DNA of 64,000 nucleotides, taken from contig CP068257.2 of assembly GCA_009914755.4 (NCBI GenBank), positions 20,576,001 to 20,640,000 on the forward strand, read 5' to 3'. A program made the position numbers and the translations under genes. This stretch comes from the human T2T-CHM13v2.0 reference genome, Homo sapiens. Under the pieces are notes generated by a model. The model was given only the letters and a program-made list of their open reading frames with translations. It had not been told where the DNA came from and did not search any database. Below, one piece after another: positions 40,451 to 55,555 of this stretch; the stretch's first letter is position 1; each line of letters starts with the position of its first letter.

Positions 40451-43400
40451 TGTTTCTAGTGGTCTTTGGCTTTTTATGTTAATCAACTAAATTTGAAAGC
40501 TTAACTCAGCAATCAACAGGAATAACATTGATATATAAACCAATATTTAACAGTTACATTTTTATTGAAAAGGAAGCCGCGCTGGTTAAATTTGACTTTC
40601 ACTTTATGCTTAGATTTCACACAATGATGTGCTTTGAGGAAACAAGGGTATATTTGAGATTAGTCCTAAGGCTTTTCAGAAAGATCATCCTTTCTTTGTT
40701 CTTTCCCCTAAGGTAAACCATTTCCATTGTCATAGCACTGACAAATAATTATTTTATTGCTGAAAAACTCCGACTCAGAGAAAATGTCACAGGTATTTTT
40801 TTTTAAATAGCTGTTGCAGTTTAAGCTTTCAGAAATTGCTATATAAAACCTGTCATTTAGGGGGAAAATAAAATTTTCTGTAAAAACAATTCAAAAAAAT
40901 GTAATTATTCCTGTGTTCATAAAACTTCATAGTAGTGATGAACAATGAAAAATATTCATTCTTTCTTAAGGTATCAAGTAGTCACAAATTTTATTTTTCA
41001 TTTAAGAATTGATTAACTTCATTTTTCACTAATGAATTGGGATATATAGTGTGTATGTGTGCCTTGAAGCTGCAAGTTGGCTTTTTTATTCGCTTTTGGC
41101 TAAAATTTAAATCTGACCAATTTTGAATTTTAAATTTGACCAATTATCACAAACTGATCAGTTGTCTTGTTTTTGTAAATATCTACATTGGATTATTTCA
41201 ATATGAAAATATTTAAAGTAGACTGAGGAGTTTCTGTATTATAGATCTTTAGGGTTCTGGAAACCCATCTTGCAATTGAGATTACAGAAACTCTCCATTG
41301 TATTAACTTATGTAAATCTGTTATAAACATCTTTTGTTGATGACAATATTATGACTGTCTCTCACATTTACTAAATGGGTGTAATATGAATCTGCACTCA
41401 TTTGAAGGCATGCATGTGATGCCAAAATCAATGAGAATGTATGTAATTACAACCTTAATTCAATGGAAATTTATCTAATGATCCGTTATGACAAACAGAG
41501 CTACATGTAACAAGTTAATAATACCTTGTAATACATAATTTGAAGGAAAATACATTTTTATTATTTAATATTACTTAAATGGACAGAATAGAAATAATAG
41601 AAACCACATAGAAAAATAAATGAACTTCTAAAAATTTTATAATACTTTTACATTTTTAAAGTTTTTTATCTAGAAATATTTAACATGAATTCTGATATTT
41701 AAAATTGTAAGTCACCTCTCAACTTATTTTATAAAAAACTTTGTGTTTTGTTATACTAAAAATGTGTTTCTTGCAAATTACATTTATAAGTTTAATTTTT
41801 GCATGTCAAATAGAACACTATATTTACACACATAGTTGGCTTCTTGTCTAAGACCTTGACTTGATGAAATGATTAAAACAATTGTCTTGCCCAGAACTTG
41901 ACTATTATTAAAACTGTTTTTATTCAAACAACATACATGAGTTGTTCATTTTTGTAACTTAGGCATTCATTTTGAAATTGATAAACAACCAATTAATATA
42001 TGCTTTGACAGCTAATTAAAAATTAAAAACTTCACATGTACATAAGTCAGACATTACCTGCACAATTACCGTATATTTTATTTTCCACATGGCAGGAAAG
42101 ATTCATTTTTAAGTATTTTTTGGAGCATTATAGAGAAGGACTGTATCTTCTTTCAAAAGGATTCTTTGGAGAGATAAATTTGACAAATGTAATAATCTAT
42201 TGCACATGTGGAAAACATCTTCACCATTGTTTTACTTTTTTAAGTGGACTTAAACCATTAATTAACATTTCTTTGGCTTATTCCTTTTTTAATGTGCATT
42301 TTACTGGTAATAAAATATCTAAACCGTGATGTTATTTTGAAGATAAATACGCTGAAGTATGCATAGCTCTATTAAGTAGTTACAAATAACAAGAAGCCCT
42401 ACAAACATAGGCTTATAAAATTGGGCTCAAATTCTGTTTTGTTCTCTTACTACATTAACTTTCATACTCATGAGAGTTACCTCACAGTTTCAAAATGACT
42501 ATAGCTCTACATCTTTTGCAAAGGAGGAAAGGAAGAATATAAGAAAAAGAGAGCCTGAATCAGAAAGGGAAATGCTTTCTCCGGAAATCATTTATACTGT
42601 TCCTTGACCAGAACCGTGCACATAGCCAGCCCACCATTATCTGTGATGGATTCAACCAGATAAGTAGTTTTAAATTAGTCCATTGTTCTTGCAAAACAAA
42701 ATTAGAAAAGGGGGGAAAAAGAGAATGAATATATGGCAGGCATTTAGTAAGGTCTTACCACAGTGGTAGTACTTAGTGCTATTAGTGCTTAGGGGACATA
42801 GTGAGGCCTAAATGAATACTAGTTGTTACAATCTTGAAAGAGCTCTAGTGCCTGAGTCAGTTTTATAGAGGGGACTTACTTGATATCGAAAATCAGTGCT
42901 CCAAGATTTTCACAGAAGACAATGGAAAATTTGCATCTGTTCTCCTTGTGATTGTTTACAAGGATTTTCACTGGGAATGAGTAAAATGTAATCTTCACAT
43001 ACAGGTTGAATAAATAGAACTATGATACAATTTAAAGGGCTTCATAAGGCCCCTGGTTAGAAAAATCTGTCACTTGGCTAACTGTAATTGGGACCCTCAG
43101 TTAATCATCCTTTAAGTTGTAAAATTTCCTTTACAACTTAAAATTTCTGCAAATAAAGCGCTTATATTTTAGTGTGAAATAAAAGTGAGTTTCTAGATAA
43201 ACTCATAAGCAAAGAAAATCAAGAAATACTGCAACTTCACGCACTGTTAGTATGTGCATCTTTCTAGCTTGACAATTCTGCGTGTTTAGTAAGCAAATGC
43301 CATACATATTTTTTCTGTTATATGTTTCCTTCAAATAAAATCTGACTGAGAATCTGTGATCACAAAATAAAGCTGCTAATTATGAGCTGGGTCACCTTGG

Positions 43401-46400
43401 ATCTTATCTAGGGAAGGACCACTTTCTGTAGAATCTTATCTATAAAATGTAAATAAATTAAAGGAGAGTATAGATGTATTATATGTGGACATGCATACTA
43501 AAAATGTATACTGTTTGAACATATTCAGATACTTTTTAGAACCGAACTATTGTATTTAGAATTTACTTCAATTGAGCCTTCCTCTTTTTAAGTAGACTGG
43601 AACATTAAAAAAATGTTTATTCAGGTAAACTAAACACATATACTATAAAAACATATGTGTGTGTGGAGTATGGGGATGTACCTGTTATGCAACCCAATTA
43701 ATAAGATATAGGGTAGAATGAAAGATCGGTAGAGCTTCATGAGGATGCTAGTTTTGTCCTTCTAAAGAAAACACCAAGTAACAAGTCATACTGTGGATGC
43801 ATCTATTGATTAACTTGCAGAGGTGGTGCTGAGACACAGGCACATTGATCAAACTTAGCCTAGGACTATGTTAATTATTTTTATTGCTCAATTCAGCATT
43901 GTTTGTATGTATCTGTCTCGGCATGTGTGTGAGTGTGTGGGTGGATGGGAACTACAATAAAAAGAATGAATAGCTCTATTATCATTATTTTGGTTAATTA
44001 AAAACTGAGACAAGTCAAAATGATTAGCTCTTCCTCCATCCAATTTTTCTGTTAACTTGTTTTACAAAGTTATTTCCCAACCATGAATAAAATACTTGGT
44101 GATTGTTTGAATGTTCTTGTCTTCCACAAGCTAATGCTGAATATTGATTTAAACTTTTTTAATGTTCCTATATGCCTGAGATACACATGATTTGAATTTT
44201 TATGAATGGAGTAATTATAAAAGAAGCAATCAATTATAACAATAAATCATTCTTTTATATTTGAGGGGAAAAAGCCTAATAAGAATGTTAAAGAATAATT
44301 ATGTTCTTTTTGTTGATTTTGTTGTGAAACTCCTTATGTCTCCTAGTTTTTGATGGCACATTTTATTGTGTCACTGAAAGCAAGTACCTTAAAAGATATT
44401 TAAAATCCTAAAATAATAGATTCTATAATAGACATTGAAAATGTACTTCAACCTTCTCATTTTACATATGAACAAATAAATACAGAGCATTTGGAGACAC
44501 AGCTGTGAATAAAGTAAATGTCTTCTGTGGTCTTTCTTAATTTATTCTAAGAAAGTTTTTCCAACATAATATATAACCTTCTAAATCTCCTTAAAACATT
44601 ATGTCATTATTTTAAAGTATATATTGTATAAATAAATGTTTTTAAGAAAATGATATTCTAGAAGAATATACTTATGATATTTTATTGCAGTGTTTATTAA
44701 CATTTAATATTTAATAATATTCAGAATATATAATGAAGGTAAATTTTTACTTTCCCCAATTTTTTCTCAGATTAAAACTTATTCTCCCATATAGGTTTTT
44801 ACTTTCCCCAATTAAAAATAATATATTTTATTAAAGTTATTTAATAAAAAGAAGCTTCAAATTATCTGTTGTCTAAACTCCATCACTTCCTCTTTCACAT
44901 TCATGTTGTACTGCACCAAAATTTAGTGCCTTGAAACAACATTGGTCAAATCCACAATTGTATGGTTTGACAATTTTGGCTGCTGGTCTTAGCTAGACCC
45001 ATGTATACTAGTGGGAAGCTGCTAGTCAGCCAAAAGACTCACCTTCTGGCTCTTGGATGAAATGACAAGGATTACTGAAACAATGGTCTCTTCTCACCTA
45101 GCAAATTATCCTGGATTTCTTCATATGGTGATGGTCAGGCATGTTTTAAGAAGACCAAGAAGTAGAACAGGACTCGATGCAAAAGCATTTCCAAGTATCT
45201 GCTTATGCCATGCTTGCTATTGTCTCATTGCTCACATACTATGAGGACAACCCCATATTCAACATGTAAAAGCACAACCCACATAGCAGGGACAGGAGGG
45301 CGTGAATAAATGGAAGGTCATTACTGAAACAATCTAGTAAGCATGGCTCTAGCACTAATAATTTACCTGCTTCCCACAAGTAAAGTACATTTACTCTCTC
45401 ACAAAATACCAAAATTCTCATATAATCTAAGCATCAGGCATAAAGTCCAGATTTTTGTGATTCACTGTGATGCTGGATATCAGTGAGGCACCATATTGAA
45501 AAACATGTTATTTTCACTACACAAACACAACTTCTGATGGTGACACAGAATAGAAGAACGACAAAAAATGCTGCCATTTCAAAAGGAGAAAAATGATAAC
45601 CACATGCATTTCATGATCCATAGCAATTCTGAAACAAAATTGGGCAAATAGGTCATATTTTCCAGTTTCAGGGGAAAGCATGCTCCCTGACGAAGCCATA
45701 TTCCTTTTCCAGTGAGCGACTTCCCATATTTCCTTCATGTTCCCTGGCTCTACCCTCTGAGATATCCTTTATTTTTTTTCATCCTCCTTAGATATTTCTG
45801 GAGAGTTCAAAGGATAATATTTTCTTACAGAAATTTTCTTAACCTATTTTCTTTTCATAAAGATGTGGAATCAGAGAATTTTTGGAGTTTGAACAGTCTC
45901 AGTGCCTTTCGATAAAGACTGCCAACTTGTTTCTGGGCATAACTCCATTAAACACTTGGCAAATTATCTATGAGTCTGATTTCTAAGAGTTGTAACTCGA
46001 AAGACACATCAGAAATTCTTTTTGAGTAATTGTCTCTCAATGTATTAACTGATACATTGGGCATTTAGTTTTCAGAGGGGCAAATCTTCAAAATGGTGAA
46101 TTTTGTCTAATTGAGAGTAACTAAGAAGTACTGATTTTATTCTTTCAGAAGTCTTAACAAAGGATCTCACATTTAAGCCATTGATCTAATATATTCCATT
46201 AAGTTGCACTTTGCCTTCAAATCTTTTAAGTACCAGTTGCAGTACTGTACATAAGGGGCTTGAGCAGCTGCAGATTTTGGTATTTGTGGGAGAGTCTTAG
46301 AACCAATCCACTACAGGTAACAAGAGAAGATTGTAAGTCATCTAAGGATGTATAATAAATGTAGTGGCTTGAAACAACCACCTTTTGTTTGGATCGTAGT

Positions 46401-48064
46401 TCTTTCTGTGTGGCAATTTGGGATGGATATGACTGATTTGGTCTTCTCTTGGGTAGGTTCATTTATGTGTCTTCATTCTGTGGCCAGATGCAGTTAGCTA
46501 GTTGGGTATGTTTCTGGTGATTGTTAGCAGCCAACTAGGAGCAGGTGCACTACATTTCTGTAACAATTTTACAGGATTCTTCTCATGGAAGCAGTGTCAG
46601 GGATCCTAAAAACAGCAAGAGGAAGATAAAACCTTAAAGACCTAGCCCTTTTCTCCAGCCTCAGGTTTTGTTATGACTGCTATCGTACTACTAAACCAAG
46701 TCAGTATATTGTCAGCCTCATCAGTGTGGGTATGACCAGCTGAGAATGTGGATCCATGGAGGTATTAACAAACTATGGTACATTACTGCAACCCTATGTC
46801 AAACTGACTCCCATTTGATAATCCTTTTTATCTCACTGAACAAAATAAAAACTTGTAGTAAAGATGAGAATTTGCATAAATAACCATTATCTTGTCTGTT
46901 CAACCTCAGATATTATATCATTTGAAAAATAATTAATGATAGGAAAGTTGAAAACAAAATGGCAGTAGTCAAATTAGTTTCTGTGGCTCCAGCATACAAC
47001 CCATTCTATTTTCTTCAGTCCACGAATGGCACCACAAACAGTTACTTTGCCTCAAGTATGGGACAATGCAGCTAATACCAAAGTCCTATTCAAAAGCCAC
47101 ACTTACAAAGTTAAAGTAAATTGAGCCTTCTATATTCAGTTCTTGTTTCCTTACGCTCTTGCTCCTGTATCTTAATGAGTGTTCTATTAATTTTGCAGTG
47201 ACTTTCTTCCTTAATGTTCATAGCTTAATAAACTCTGCCTACTGATTTAAAACCTAATCAATATTCACTAAGTGTTTGCTAATTATTTAAATAAGAGCAT
47301 GCATAATTTTGGGGAGAACTAAATCTGATGACAATTTGATGGAAATGTAGTTTATTACTGCTTTAGGACTGAGGATTTCATTCTGTGTGTGGCTCATTTG
47401 TGGGAAGAATTAATACATGTTTTATTTTAAAATGGCTAGGATTAGTAAAGAAACATCCCTGAAAAGGGGGATAACGACCTAACTTTGTGGATGTGATTTT
47501 TTGTTTGCTTATGATTTTTATAGTGAATATAGGCTCTGAAATTAAACAGAGAGATACTACAACTATGGAGTTTTTTTAACTGTTGCAATCTATGAAATGG
47601 TATCTCTCTATACTTTCTCAAATAGCCCAATACTTGAGTATTATTCATAGGGATAAGTCTTTCCTAAAATTCTCATAACAATTTAAAGGAAAACTTGAAA
47701 ATTCTTTAAATATCTGCTTAAAAATCTTCTACTCCATGGATGGGAGCAATAAATCAGAAGACAAAACTCTATAAGGTTAAGTGTTTTACAATAACTCTCT
47801 TTTTCAAATTTATTCCAGAAGTATACATTTCTTCACCAGCAAAGCTCTTTTCTAAAGGATTAGATAAAATTATAGTGTTAATTAAAAATAAATTACTTCT
47901 ACATTAAGAGGGTGATGAATTTAAATGAATAAAATAATAGCCTATCTGGAAAATTGAGATAGTTACATTCCTTTTTTATTCTTTCTCACGACTAGGGCAA
48001 CTTTCCAAAAGGGGCATGCTTTGGACTTGGGGGCAACTGAGAAGTATACATACAGATAATAAAT

Positions 48065-48260
48065 GAAAAATAAAGCACAAAAGTTAGCTTTTTCATGGAG
48101 GATATGCTGTAACTCTGCTGTCAGTCATTTTAAAAATTGTAACAACTGGAAGAGATGTCAACTGATCAAATTTCCAAGAGCTCATACCTTACATAGGGAA
48201 CATAGTCATATTCACAGTTAATTTTAATAGTTTCAGCATCTTTGACAGCAGTGGAATGCT
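48065..48260. repeat. Source copy of a locally duplicated ~195-bp segment (see findings). Partial copies at 49670-49745 and 50507-50600
   Basis: 'aaagcacaaaagttagctttttcatggaggatatgctgtaactctgctgtcagtcattttaaaaattgtaa' vs 'aaagcacaaaagttagctatttcatggaagaaatatctctcctgtcagtcattttaaaaattgta' (50525-50600). 'cttacatagggaacatagtcatattcacagttaattttaatagtttcagcatctttgacagcag' vs 'acataggcaacatagtcatattcgcagttaattttaatagtttgagtatctttgagtgaag' (49685-49747). Confidence 0.8.
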
Positions 48261-49245
48261 ATCCACTTAGTTCGCAGATATAACACCATAATCCATTAAA
48301 ATAAATTGCCTGTAAAAGGAGCTAGTGTTCTTAAAGTTATGTAAGTGTTGAGAAGGAAGAAGGAAAAGGAGAAAGAAATTGTTGCAAAAAATGTACCTTA
48401 TTCATTTCTTTATTGAGATCCTCTTTTGCAAAATATAAATAGATAAAAGAAAAAATAAAAATTTTCCTGTTCACAGAATAAAATAATGCACAGAATTATC
48501 TTACATCTGTACTATGAAGTGGGCCATTAGAGACCTTCTAAAGTCTAATACAAGTAATGCAAAAGCACAAAAGGAGATTAACTTTGCAACTTGACAAATA
48601 GATGCAAGAATAAGAAAAAAATACTTAGGACAATTAACACAAAATACACATCATTACAGACATTTAGTCAATCATCATCATCATCATGACCTTCCTGCAC
48701 CTTCCATCTATATTTTTATATCTACTTGGTTCCCTCATTTTGTTTTTGTAACTGATACAGTCATTTTAAAGAAGAAGTTAATTTATTCAATTGAGTCAGT
48801 GTTTGACTGAACTCACTGATTGTTTCAGAAAATGTTCTGTAAATACACACTGCCCAAATGCTGCTGCTTTGACTTATTGTCTCAGAGACTCCCATACATA
48901 TTTAAGTGGTCAAAAGAAGCATGTAGTAAATTTTTTATTTCTGACAGTGGCAGCTGCTGCTGCTGTTGCTGCTTCTTGAGTCTACTTAGTTTGTCAGCCA
49001 TTTTCTTCTGTTATATTTCTTTTCCAATTCTGTGGTATTTCTTCCTTATGTGTGTTTATCTCATATGTCAGGATTTTGCTTTTATTGTCATTGCTATGTC
49101 AATACAGAATTTTGAAAAAATATTTTTATTCAGTATAATTGACATATTTTGACTTTGAAGTTTAGAATAACTAAAATATTAATGAATTTCATTTAATGAT
49201 TTATTAAATTAATATATTTAATGTGACATGTTTATATAGTTATAG

Positions 49246-49565
<320 letters not shown>

Positions 49566-50164
49566 TTATAGTACATCTTATAACAATTTCTGTTCTAGGA
49601 TAAATTTTATGCATTTAAACTTTATCACAAAAATAATATGGAACTCATCTGACCCTAAAAGGAGTGACATAGGCAACATTACATTACATAGGCAACATAG
49701 TCATATTCGCAGTTAATTTTAATAGTTTGAGTATCTTTGAGTGAAGAGATAAGTCATCCTTACTTGTGAGAGCAATGTTGCAAACATCAAACTAGGCTCA
49801 CACTATTTTTTATGAAAGGAGATTCCATATGGGAATCAATGAAAGAGTTGAAAATAAGATTTAATTTAATTAAAAGAAACAGAAACAATACATTCTCATA
49901 CAGTCCAAAGAAGGTAAAAATAAGCATTTGTAGTTCATGTTGATAATTGACAAACTTTAAAAGTATATTCTTGACTCTTATTAGTTTTAGGTTCAATCAG
50001 GTCCCAGTTAATATTAAAGTTTTACTTAAAGATATATCAACCATATAATGCTGTTATACTTATTGTTGCCATAAATGGCCTCTCTTTTATTCAGAGACCA
50101 CACTACAATTTTGGAACTGGAGTTCAGACCCAGGGTGCTCCATGTCTCCTCTAATATTCAAAAT

Positions 50165-50420
50165 AATTTTGTAGTGGATTAAATCATTGAATTCACCGCA
50201 GATGACAGATAGGTGATAGATAGATGAAAGATAGATAGATAGATAGATGATAGATATTATTTTGTAGTGGATTAAATCTTTGAATTCATGGTAGATGATA
50301 GCTAGCTAGCTAGCTAGATAGATAGATAGATATTATTTTGTAGTGGATAAAATCATTGAATTCACAGTAGACGATAGATGATTGATAGGTAGAGAGATAG
50401 ATAGATAGATGATAGATATT
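50165..50420. repeat. Three tandem copies of a ~75-85-bp unit: 'attttgtagtggattaaatcattgaattcac(c/a)g(c/t)agatga(c/t)ag...' plus a (GATA)n/(CTAG)n core. A GATA-containing minisatellite
   Basis: Direct reading of units starting ~50165, ~50258 and ~50333. Each ends in a GATA-type run ('gatagatagatgaaagatagatagatagatagatgatagata', 'gctagctagctagctagatagatagatagata', 'gataggtagagagatagatagatagatgatagata'). Confidence 0.85.
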
Positions 50421-50438
50421 TAAAGCATAATTATATAT

Positions 50439-50670
50439 GCTTTAAAAACTCTAACAAGAATTATATACAAAAAGATAAAACGCAAAGGGCATATAGATAT
50501 TTAAAGCATAAATATGAAGTGAAAAAAGATTCAAAGCACAAAAGTTAGCTATTTCATGGAAGAAATATCTCTCCTGTCAGTCATTTTAAAAATTGTATAT
50601 GCTTTAAATATCCATATGCCCTTTGCATTTTATCTTTTTGTATATAATTCTCGTTAGAGTTTTCAGCAAA
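50439..50670. repeat. ~72-bp inverted repeat (arms 50439-50512 and 50596-50670, ~93% identical), bracketing an ~85-bp spacer that is a duplicate of 48071-48150
   Basis: Arm 1 'tgctttaaaaactctaacaagaattatatacaaaaagataaaacgcaaagggcatatagatatttaaagcataa'. Arm 2 'tatgctttaaatatccatatgccctttgcattttatctttttgtatataattctcgttagagttttcagca' is its reverse complement with a few mismatches. Confidence 0.85.
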
Positions 50671-51442
50671 TAAAAATTGCCCAATAAATACTGTTGAACA
50701 TTTGTTCTTCATTACCTCATACCACCTGCAATGATAGGATTATTCTCATGAATATAATTAAATTATTATTGGCACATTATAAGTAGGCTTTCTTTAATGT
50801 AATTTAATTAGTGCAATCCAAATGCAGAGGAAAATTGACAAGCTAGTACAGAATTTAAAATAACAGACTATACAAAAGTATAGAGGTGTATCTGAAGCTG
50901 CTTTTGAAAGAGCTTCTTCATCTCTCTCACCAGTGAATTGCTTTAACAGCCCCTTCCTTGGCATATTTTAATCTAATCAACTCAGCAGTGCAGTTCTTGG
51001 GAACCAGTATGTCAGTGATGTGTGCCATGTTTACATTTCAGAAACATAAATAAAGATAATAAACATTGTGATTTATTTAAGTAGTCAGCAGGTACTATGA
51101 CTTGTTATTCTCTCCTAATTAAATAAAATAAATAATGAAATAGAAAATAAAATTGTTTAATCGCAGAAGCAACCAAATCATGGAGGTAGATTCATTCTCT
51201 ATTTCTGTGTAGAAATTTTTTAAAGGGTATGTTGCATAGGTTATTTTTTGAGAAAACTTTTAACCTTACACACTAGAATATTAATTTCTTATTTGAAGAA
51301 GAGAGAATGTATTTGGGATTATTTATTTATTTAACAAATTTTTTAATGCTTGCCATTTTCAGGTCCTTTGTAAGTCCCCATGTATTCAGAAATTAGTAAA
51401 ATATAAAAGATCTTTGCCATCTTGGTTCTTAAGGGTGGATGG

Positions 51443-51795
51443 TGATATGGTTTGGCTGTGTTCCCACCCAAATCTCATCTTGAATTGTAGCTCCCATAAT
51501 TCCCATGTGTTGCAGGAGGGACCTGGTGGGAGATAATTGAATCATGGTGGCGGTTCCCCCATGCTGTTCCAGTTGTAATGAATAAGTCTCATGAAATCTG
51601 ATGGTTTTATAAGGGTAAACCACTTTTGCTTGCCTCTTATTTTCTCTCTCGTCTGCCGGATATAAGACACGCCTTTTGCCTTCTGCCATGATTGTGAGGC
51701 CTCCTCAGCCACGTGGAACTGAGTCCATTAAACCTCTTTTTCTTTATAAATTACCCAGTCTCAAGTATGTCTTTATCAGCAGCATGAAGATGAGA
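51443..51795 (+). mobile_element. THE1-type MaLR solo LTR
   Basis: 'tgatatggtttggctgtgttcccacccaaatctcatcttgaattgtagctcccataattcccatgtgttgcaggagggacctggtgggagataattgaatcatggtggcgg...tctgatggttttataaggg...gccatgattgtgaggcctcctcagccacgtggaactgagtccattaaacctctttttctttataaattacccagtctcaagtatgtctttatcagcagcatgaagatgag'. Confidence 0.9.
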
Positions 51796-53999
51796 AAGAA
51801 AGCAGTGGAGGTCCACTTCTTGCACCAGAAACGGTTTTTATTCTATATATTATCAAATTCTAGCAAGATTTTGTAACTTACTATGCTTATATAATTTATA
51901 TGTAAATATAAGAGGTACTGTCTTTTATGAAAGAAATAACTAGAAAATAAATTATTTTCAACATAAACTTTTAGGTTTAATTAATTTTAATAAAGAATGA
52001 AAGTATGATTATTTGTATAATATATAATTTTATCTTAAAAATAATTTATGTGTACATTTTGATCATTTAAAATTCGAGCCAACAGATATTTATAAAGCAT
52101 ATCCTAACATCAATGCTAAAGACTTATTATATGAAAAATATCATCTAACAAATATATAAAAGATACAATTGGTTAAATTAATAATTTAAATGAAGTTCTT
52201 TTGTATTATTCAGTCTCTAGACAGTTTGATTGTATGTAGCAAGCTGCAATAAAATGCTTTAAGAAACAAATTAACATTCTTCAGACAAAGCCCGTACTAA
52301 ACCTGAACATACCGAATGACTTCTAGATCTGGGAAAAGAAAATAATTACTAAATAAACAAAATTGCATTTAACACTAGGGAGCTGCTTTTTGACAAAACT
52401 TGTGATATGAAAGTAGCTATTGTTCTCTTAGTCATCAGATGTTTCAGTTGTTAATATACTTTGATTATGAAACTTAGAGAACATGGACTTTCCATATGAC
52501 TGTATTCTTCATATATTTTAATAACTTCAGTATATTGCAAAATTTGAAAACTGTATTCTTTATATTTTGTCTAGTGAAGAAGAAAGACCTAAGTTTTATT
52601 TACTGGTATATATTCAATCCAATAATATGTCATGTCAGTTAATATCTGGTATGTAAATAATTTACTTTCTTAATAATAATTCTATTTTTTGGGCTGGCTG
52701 CATTCCTATAGAGTCAACTTATTAGGTATGAATCACTATTTATATTCAACAGGATTTTTAAATGTGTTAAATAAAATTTAAAATAACTGATGGATATAAC
52801 CATAAGCATGCCATTTGAAATTTTTTGCCTTTTAATGAGTGCCCAATACTAAATTATTCGCCAGATATTCTTAAGTTTAGATTTGTAAGCTTAATAAGAA
52901 ATTATTTACCTTTGGGAGCTGTGATTCATAGAAAGATATTTAAGTAACACAATCTTTAGTACTAATACCATTAATTTCTTAAATGTCAGTTAACACCTGC
53001 ATGATATACCTTTTTTAAAGAAGACTGACTGTTGTGAATAATTTTCATGCATCAATCAAATTACATTTCCTGAGTTGCATGTGTCTTATTTGAATAAATA
53101 ATATAGAGCCCTGGGCCAAACCAGTAGCACAATTATAGTTTACATATAAACCCAAATCTGTATCCTGTTATATAGTACACACCTTTTTCTCTGGTAGTAA
53201 TTGCTAAAATCTGAAAACTAATCCTTCAGTTTTCTGCCATTCTCTGTGGGTAGTCAGATGGAAATAGCACAATATGGTTCCATCATAGGGCAGTGAATAT
53301 TGTATATTTGATCTTAAAAATAAAATAGGAAATAAAATTAGAATAATGAGTATTAACAAAAGAAAGCTAAAACTGAAGCTTTGCAAAAACTGATAAATGA
53401 AAGTACCTCTGGCAATACCATTCCATAAAATATTAAGATTTCCTGAATTGAAAATTTTCCAAATATCTTGGGTTTAAAAAATACTGAAAAGTTTGGATTT
53501 AATGTATACTTATATACTAAATGTCTAAGCATCCAGCCCTCTCCACATACTTAGTTTTCATAGCTGCTAATAGCCAGTTCTATATATTATGTTGTTAGGA
53601 TTCTATCAAGTTCAATAGGAAATTATTAAAGAAAATAAGAATTCTCCAGGGAAATGCCACTGCCCAATAAATTATAATAAAGAGTACTGCTAGCAAGCCA
53701 AAATAATGAGTCTAGAGCATTCTGTTAACAACTCAGAAACTCAAATTTAAATACAAACCAAATACAAGCATCAACACACATCTTTGAAAACCTACTACCA
53801 TGAAAGATAGAGACTAAAACAAACAAATGGAAAAAAACAACTTGAAGGGAAGGAGATTCTATTAAGACGAAGACACTTTCACAACTGAATTGTTCATATC
53901 AAAGAAGCAGGTGAAAAATTATAGTCAATGGAAAATGAAACAAAAACAATAACAGGGCACTAAAACATGGATGGATTGAAAGAACAAAAAGAGATTCTG

Positions 54000-54690
54000 G
54001 ATACTATAATTATGGGAGCCTGCCACTCCTTAGGCGTTAATCACAGAAAAATTTACATTTCCATTCATGCAAAAATATTTATACAAATATTCATAGCAGT
54101 TCCATTTGAAACAACCAAACACTGGAACAACCCAAATGTCCTTCATGGGTAAGTGGTGACACACACTGTGGCACTTCCTTGCCTTGGAATAAAACTCATC
54201 AACAAAAAAGGAGCAATCTATGAATGCATATAACAACTTGGAATTCTCAAGAGAATTATGCTCACCAAAAAAAGCATCACAAAATGTTTCATATCATATG
54301 ACTCAATTTGTATCGTGTTCTTGAAATAACATAGAGATGGAGACAGATTAGTGGCTGGCAGAGATTAAGGATTGAAGAGGAGGAGCTGGATATGATGGAT
54401 ATGACTATAAAGTGGTAGCACAAAGAAACTCTGTGGTGATGAACAATTTGGTATCTTGATGGCGATGGTGGTTACACAATCCTACACACATGATAAAGTT
54501 GCATGAATGTACACAAACACACACATTGCTTATAAAACTAGTAAATTAGGTAAATTAGAATAAACTGTGGATTATGCATATGTCAGTGTATTGGTTTTGC
54601 TGGTGCACTATAGTTATGCAAGATGTTAGTACTAGGAGAATCCAAGTGAAGGATACATGAAACGTCTTTATATATATATATTTTTTTTGA
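54000..54690 (+). mobile_element. Ancient L1 (L1M-type) 3'-end fragment, sense
   Basis: 'ttcatagcagttccatttgaaacaaccaaacactggaacaacccaaatgtccttcatggg...tgctcaccaaaaaaagcatcacaaaatgtttcatatcatatgactcaatttgtatcg...gagacagattagtggctggcagagattaaggattgaagaggagg...tggtggttacacaatcctacacacatgataaagttgcatgaatgtacac' matches the L1M 3'-end consensus. Confidence 0.75.
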
Positions 54691-55134
54691 AATTTTCAAT
54701 GAATTGATTATTTCAAAATAATATTTTAGAAATATGGTAGGCTAAATTTTTAAAAATACTATTTTTGGAAATAGTAATAAAGTGTGCTTTCCAGGAAAAG
54801 TATAACAGTCATGGACAATGGGAATAATTCAGAACCAGTCCAAGATGTTCAATAACTGAATAACAACTAACTCTAATGGCAGAACAAAAAACAAATAGAG
54901 AAAGATTATTCTGAGTTACAACTGGCACAATAGTTTACATTTTCTAATCAAAAATTACTTTTCATTGCTCTCCAAAATGAATTTTGAATATAATACATAG
55001 TGCCTACTTATAAATGGCTTACTCTCAGTGGGAGTCAGCAAATGATGGCCTGAGAGCCAAATCTTGACAACCACCTGTTTTGGGAAGTCTGCAAAAATTA
55101 AAAAATGCTTTTAAAAAATAATTTTACTGAATAA

Positions 55135-55555
55135 AGACAAGGTGATGTATATATACACCATGGAATACTATGCAGCCATTAAAAAGAATGAGGTCATGTC
55201 CTTTGCAGCAACACAGATGGAACTGGAGGTTATTATCCTTAGCAAATTAATGCAGGAACAGATAACCATATACTGAATGTTCTTGCTTACAAATGGGAGC
55301 TAAGCAATGAGAATACATGGTCACAAAGAGGGGTACAACGGAGACTGAGGCCTACATGAAGGTGGAGTGTGGGAGGAGGGGAAGGATTAAAAAAATGTCC
55401 ATCAGTTACTATGCTTATTACCTGGGTGATGAAATAATCTGTACCACAAACCCCCATGACACACAGTATACCTATATAACAGGCCTGTACATATAACCCT
55501 GAACCTAAAGTAAAAGTTAAATAATAATAATTTGAAATCATTACATTATAAATGG
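55135..55555 (+). mobile_element. L1 (L1PA/L1PB-type) 3'-terminal ~400-bp fragment, sense, 5'-truncated
   Basis: 'gtatatatacaccatggaatactatgcagccattaaaaagaatgaggtcatgtcctttgcagcaacacagatggaactggaggttattatccttagcaaattaatgcaggaacagataaccatatactgaatgttcttgcttacaaatgggagctaagcaatgagaatacatggtcacaaagagggg...ctgaacctaaagtaaaagttaaataataataa'. Confidence 0.88.

Noticed and set aside
48791-49152. 110-aa ORF 48820-49152 with a poly-Cys 'SCCCCCCF' run, overlapping ORF 48791-48979 ending in poly-Ala
   Set aside because: It is driven by a short (CTG/GCT)n-like run 'ggcagctgctgctgctgttgctgc' at ~48950-48975. The rest is low-complexity, and no splice or coding evidence can be derived
50165-50420. Regularly spaced ~80-bp repeats as a possible CRISPR-like array
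   Set aside because: This is a eukaryotic genome. The units are contiguous tandem copies with GATA-microsatellite cores, with no unique spacers and no cas genes. It is a minisatellite
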